Shown: positions 61,121 to 64,000 of the stretch, piece after piece
Layout: every line of letters begins with the position of its first letter
Position numbering within the stretch: the stretch's first letter is position 1
Assembly (NCBI GenBank): GCA_036676985.1
Contig: JAKFBU010000001.1
Span: forward strand, 32,001 to 96,000
Length of the DNA stretch: 64,000 nt
DNA from: Candidatus Sericytochromatia bacterium
GTDB taxonomy: Bacteria > Cyanobacteriota > Sericytochromatia > S15B-MN24 > UBA4093
Reading direction: 5' to 3'
Position numbers and translations under genes: made by a program
Notes under the pieces: model-generated
Seen by the model: the letters and a program-made list of their open reading frames with translations, nothing else
What the model was told of the DNA's origin: nothing
Database searches by the model: none

Positions 61121-62002
61121 CTAGATCTCGCCCCGCCACCCGGCGCCATGCCGCTCGAAGGCGGCATGTACAGCCGCTTCCACCTCGGCGGGCAGCGCCC
61201 CCCGCTCGACCATCGCGACGTTGGCCGCGAGGTTGTCGCGCGACGACGTGCCCATGATGGCGCTCGACACCCCCGGCTGGAAGGCCGCGAAACGCAGGGC
61301 CAGCTCCGCCCAGCCCACCTCTCCGGGCGAGAGGGCCATCTCCTGCATCCGCAGCCAGTAGACCTCCGCGTAGTGGCCCTCGGGGCGCATGGGAAAGCGC
61401 CAGGGCGCGTTGGCCAGCGGCCGCTTGGCGATGACGCCCATCCCGCGGGCCGCGGCGTCCGGGATGATCCCCCGCAGGCTCGCCTGGTCGAACAGGTTCA
61501 CGGAGGTCTCGATGGCCCCGAAACGACCCGAGGAGACCGCGAAAGCCAGGTCCTCGTTCTCGCCCGAGTAGCCCATCACGCGCACCTTGCCGGCTTGGAC
61601 CGCGGCCTCGAGCGCCGGGATCACGTCCGAGTGCTCCAGCACGTGCCGCGGGCACGAGTGGAACAGCATCACGTCGATCCGGTCGGTCCGCAGCACCCGC
61701 AGGGCGCGGTCCACCCCGGCCGTGATGCAGGCGCCCGTCCAGTCGGGGACGCCCGGGATGCCGTAGCCGCACTTGGTGGCGAGCACGAACTCCTCGCGCC
61801 GGTGCGCGAGGTGGCGCCCGATCCGCTCCTCGGCGAGCCAGTAGCTCGGAGCCGCATCGAACAGAGTGATGCCCAGGTCCAGGGCCTCGTTCAAGAGGCG
61901 CCCGGCCTGGGCATCGTCCATGCGTGGGTCCCCGATGTGGCCGGCCCCGAAGCCGAGCGCCGAGACCGAAAGCCCCGTGTTGCCGAAGGGACGGCGGAGC
62001 AC
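61121..62002 (-). CDS. Aldo/keto reductase
   Basis: MLRRPFGNTGLSVSALGFG, FDAAPSY, LATKCG, GKVRVMG; GTG start overlaps the upstream stop. Confidence 0.92.
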   Translation of the reverse strand: MLRRPFGNTGLSVSALGFGAGHIGDPRMDDAQAGRLLNEALDLGITLFDAAPSYWLAEERIGRHLAHRREEFVLATKCGYGIPGVPDWTGACITAGVDRALRVLRTDRIDVMLFHSCPRHVLEHSDVIPALEAAVQAGKVRVMGYSGENEDLAFAVSSGRFGAIETSVNLFDQASLRGIIPDAAARGMGVIAKRPLANAPWRFPMRPEGHYAEVYWLRMQEMALSPGEVGWAELALRFAAFQPGVSSAIMGTSSRDNLAANVAMVERGALPAEVEAAVHAAFERHGAGWRGEI

Positions 62003-62862
62003 TAGCCCTTCACGCCGCCCGAGGTGAGACCCGAGACGATGTAGCGCTGAAGCAACAGCATGACGACCACCACCGGCAGCGAGATGACGATGGACATGGC
62101 CGCGAACTGGCTCCAGGGCTTGAAGGTGCCGTACTGACCCACCATGCCGTAGAGGGCCATGGCGAGCGTGAAGGTCTTGGGGCTCTCGAGCATGGTCCAA
62201 GCGAGGATGATCTCGGTCCAGCCCGTCATGAAGCCGAAGAGCGCCGTGACCGCCACCGCGGGAGCCGAGAGGGGCAGCACGATCTGCCAGAAGGTCTGCG
62301 AGCGGGTGCAGCCGTCGATGAGGGCCGCCTCCTCCAGGTCCTTGGGGACCGTGTCGAAGTAACCCTTCAGGTTCCAGATGGCGAAGGGCAGGGTGCCCGC
62401 CGCGTACGCCACCATCAAGCCGATAAGAGAGGTGCGGATGTGCAGCGCCGACAAGAGGACGTAGAGGGGGGCCAAGGAGGCGATCGCCGGGAACATCTGC
62501 AGCACGATGAAGGTCATCAGGCCGAAGCGGCGCCCGGGGAACTTGAAGCGCGAGAAGGCGTAGGCCGCCGACGCCCCCAAGAGGATGCCGAAGGCCGTCG
62601 TGCCGAAGGAGACGAGCACGCTGTTGCCCAAGAGCTGCCAGAAGGTGACGCCGTCGATCTCGGTGGGGTTCGAGAGGATCTGCTGGAAGGCCTCGAACGA
62701 GATGCGGCTCGGAAATAGCTTGAGCTCGGTCGGGCGAGCCACGGAGCTCGGATCCAGGGCCATCGACACGACCCATAGCACCGGGAACATGCTGAAGAGA
62801 CAGAAGGCGATGAGCACGAGGTGGGTCAGGCCGAGCCCGACGACGTTTTGCTTGCGTGCCAT
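62002..62862 (-). CDS. Sugar ABC transporter permease (MalG-like)
   Basis: GYFDTVPKDLEEAALIDG EAA motif, AYAFSRFKFPGR, SGLTSGGVKG. Confidence 0.93.
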   Translation of the reverse strand: MARKQNVVGLGLTHLVLIAFCLFSMFPVLWVVSMALDPSSVARPTELKLFPSRISFEAFQQILSNPTEIDGVTFWQLLGNSVLVSFGTTAFGILLGASAAYAFSRFKFPGRRFGLMTFIVLQMFPAIASLAPLYVLLSALHIRTSLIGLMVAYAAGTLPFAIWNLKGYFDTVPKDLEEAALIDGCTRSQTFWQIVLPLSAPAVAVTALFGFMTGWTEIILAWTMLESPKTFTLAMALYGMVGQYGTFKPWSQFAAMSIVISLPVVVVMLLLQRYIVSGLTSGGVKG

Positions 62863-62866
62863 GCCT

Positions 62867-63844
62867 TTAGACCTCCTCGGTCGCCTTGGTCAGGCGCAGG
62901 TTCAGGAGCGTGAAGCCCAAGAGGATGAAGAAGATGATCACCGCGAACGCGGAGCCCACACCGTACATGCCGGAGTCGACCAGCTTGTAGGCCTGGGTGA
63001 TGAGGATCTCCGTCTTGCCCAGGGGGTTGCCCTGGGTGACGAAGTAGATGACGTTGAAGTTGTTGAAGGTCCAGATGAAGCCCAGCATGATGGCGGGCAC
63101 CATGGCCGGCCGCAGCATGGGCACCGTGACGGTGAAGAACTGCTGGATGGGGTTTGCCCCGTCGATGTCGGCGGCCTCGTAGAGGTCCGAGGGGATGGCC
63201 TGCAGGGCCCCCGAGGCGACCATCATCATGAAGGGGAAGCCGAGCCAGATGTTGACCATCAAGACGGCGTAGAAGGCATGCGGGAACTGGCCCAGCCAGT
63301 CCACGTTGGTCTGCATGGCGCTCGCCATCGACGCCAGCACTCCGCCGAGGCCGCCGTCGCCGAGGCTCTTGGCCATGGAGCCGAGCCCCTTGGCCCACCC
63401 CTTGATCATGAGGTTGATGGCGCCCGACTCGGTGTCGAACATGTTCTTCCAGACCAGGCTCGTCACGTAGGTGGGCACCGCCCAGGGCAGGATCAAGAGG
63501 GCGCGGTAGAGCTTGACGCCCTTGAGACCCGGGCGGTTGATGAGCATCGCGAGGCCCACGCCGACCGAGACGTGGAAGACCAGGTTCGCGATCGTCCACA
63601 GGAAGTTGAAGCCCAGGACGCTGACGAAGTTGAAGTCCAGGTAGGGCGCGTGGCGCAGGATGTCGATGAAGTTCTGCACGCCCACGAACGACGGGTCCTG
63701 GTGGCGGATGTGGCGCGGGCTGAAGTTGGTGAAGGCCATCCACACCCCGTACAGCAGGGGGTAGAGGGTGATGACCGCCATGACGATCGCCGCCGGGGCG
63801 ACGAAGCGGTAGGCGAGGGTCGATTCCTTGATGTCGCGCTTCAT
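62867..63844 (-). CDS. Sugar ABC transporter permease (MalF-like)
   Basis: LLILPWAVP, NIWLGFPF, LYEAADIDGA, FNNFNVIY. Confidence 0.93.
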   Translation of the reverse strand: MKRDIKESTLAYRFVAPAAIVMAVITLYPLLYGVWMAFTNFSPRHIRHQDPSFVGVQNFIDILRHAPYLDFNFVSVLGFNFLWTIANLVFHVSVGVGLAMLINRPGLKGVKLYRALLILPWAVPTYVTSLVWKNMFDTESGAINLMIKGWAKGLGSMAKSLGDGGLGGVLASMASAMQTNVDWLGQFPHAFYAVLMVNIWLGFPFMMMVASGALQAIPSDLYEAADIDGANPIQQFFTVTVPMLRPAMVPAIMLGFIWTFNNFNVIYFVTQGNPLGKTEILITQAYKLVDSGMYGVGSAFAVIIFFILLGFTLLNLRLTKATEEV

Positions 63845-64000
63845 TGGTTCCGCACCGCCTCAATCTTGGCCGAGATGATCTTCTGGGCGTCCTGGATGGC
63901 CTGGGCAGCCGGCGCCGTATCGGTCATGACCTTCTCGATCGCCTGATCCATCGGCGCCCAGACCTCCTTCATCTCGGGGTTGGGCGGCATGGGGGTGCCC
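63841..64000 (-). CDS. C-terminus of a maltose/maltodextrin-type substrate-binding protein (partial)
   Basis: GTPMPPNPEMKEVWAPMDQAI...IEAVRNQ-stop, ATGA-coupled to the permease. Confidence 0.85.
   Translation of the reverse strand, partial: GTPMPPNPEMKEVWAPMDQAIEKVMTDTAPAAQAIQDAQKIISAKIEAVRNQ

Noticed and set aside
61121-62776. 551-aa ORF suggesting a permease-reductase fusion or frameshift
   Set aside because: The N-terminal part is an off-frame reading of the MalG-like gene; the reductase starts at GTG 62002, overlapping the permease stop.

Overview
A GC-rich bacterial chromosomal window that is densely coding, with about 60 CDS and 2 tRNAs. I found no rRNA, CRISPR array, integrase, transposase or prophage. 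Several features point, by inference only, to a non-photosynthetic relative of Cyanobacteria such as Ca. Sericytochromatia: cyanobacterial/plastid-like CcsB/CcsA, an SLH-domain porin, a diderm envelope, frequent GCGATCGC, and no photosynthesis genes in this window. Housekeeping genes are hemA, ccsB-ccsA, coaX, rpmB, hslO, tldD-pmbA, rseP, hemL, pckA, ppc, radA, a MacAB-TolC-type exporter, a maltose-type ABC importer, tRNA-Asp and tRNA-fMet. The most striking element is a secreted Tyr/Thr/Arg/Val-rich protein (29403-31460). Its internal mirror symmetry implies a Y-shaped, branched two-stranded beta-ribbon with two identical GYFGYPGCYYTSR tips, and it is encoded directly upstream of a PilW/PilV/PilX-like minor-pilin triad that has no PilY1. 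Other candidates are a CHASE2-kinase/NarL/FecR/beta-barrel trans-envelope signalling operon, signal-peptide-less cell-wall enzymes behind sigma28-like promoters, a recurring TTAA-N7-TTAA-like intergenic motif, and four unrelated REP-like palindromic elements. All family calls are by motif recognition; no database searches were run.
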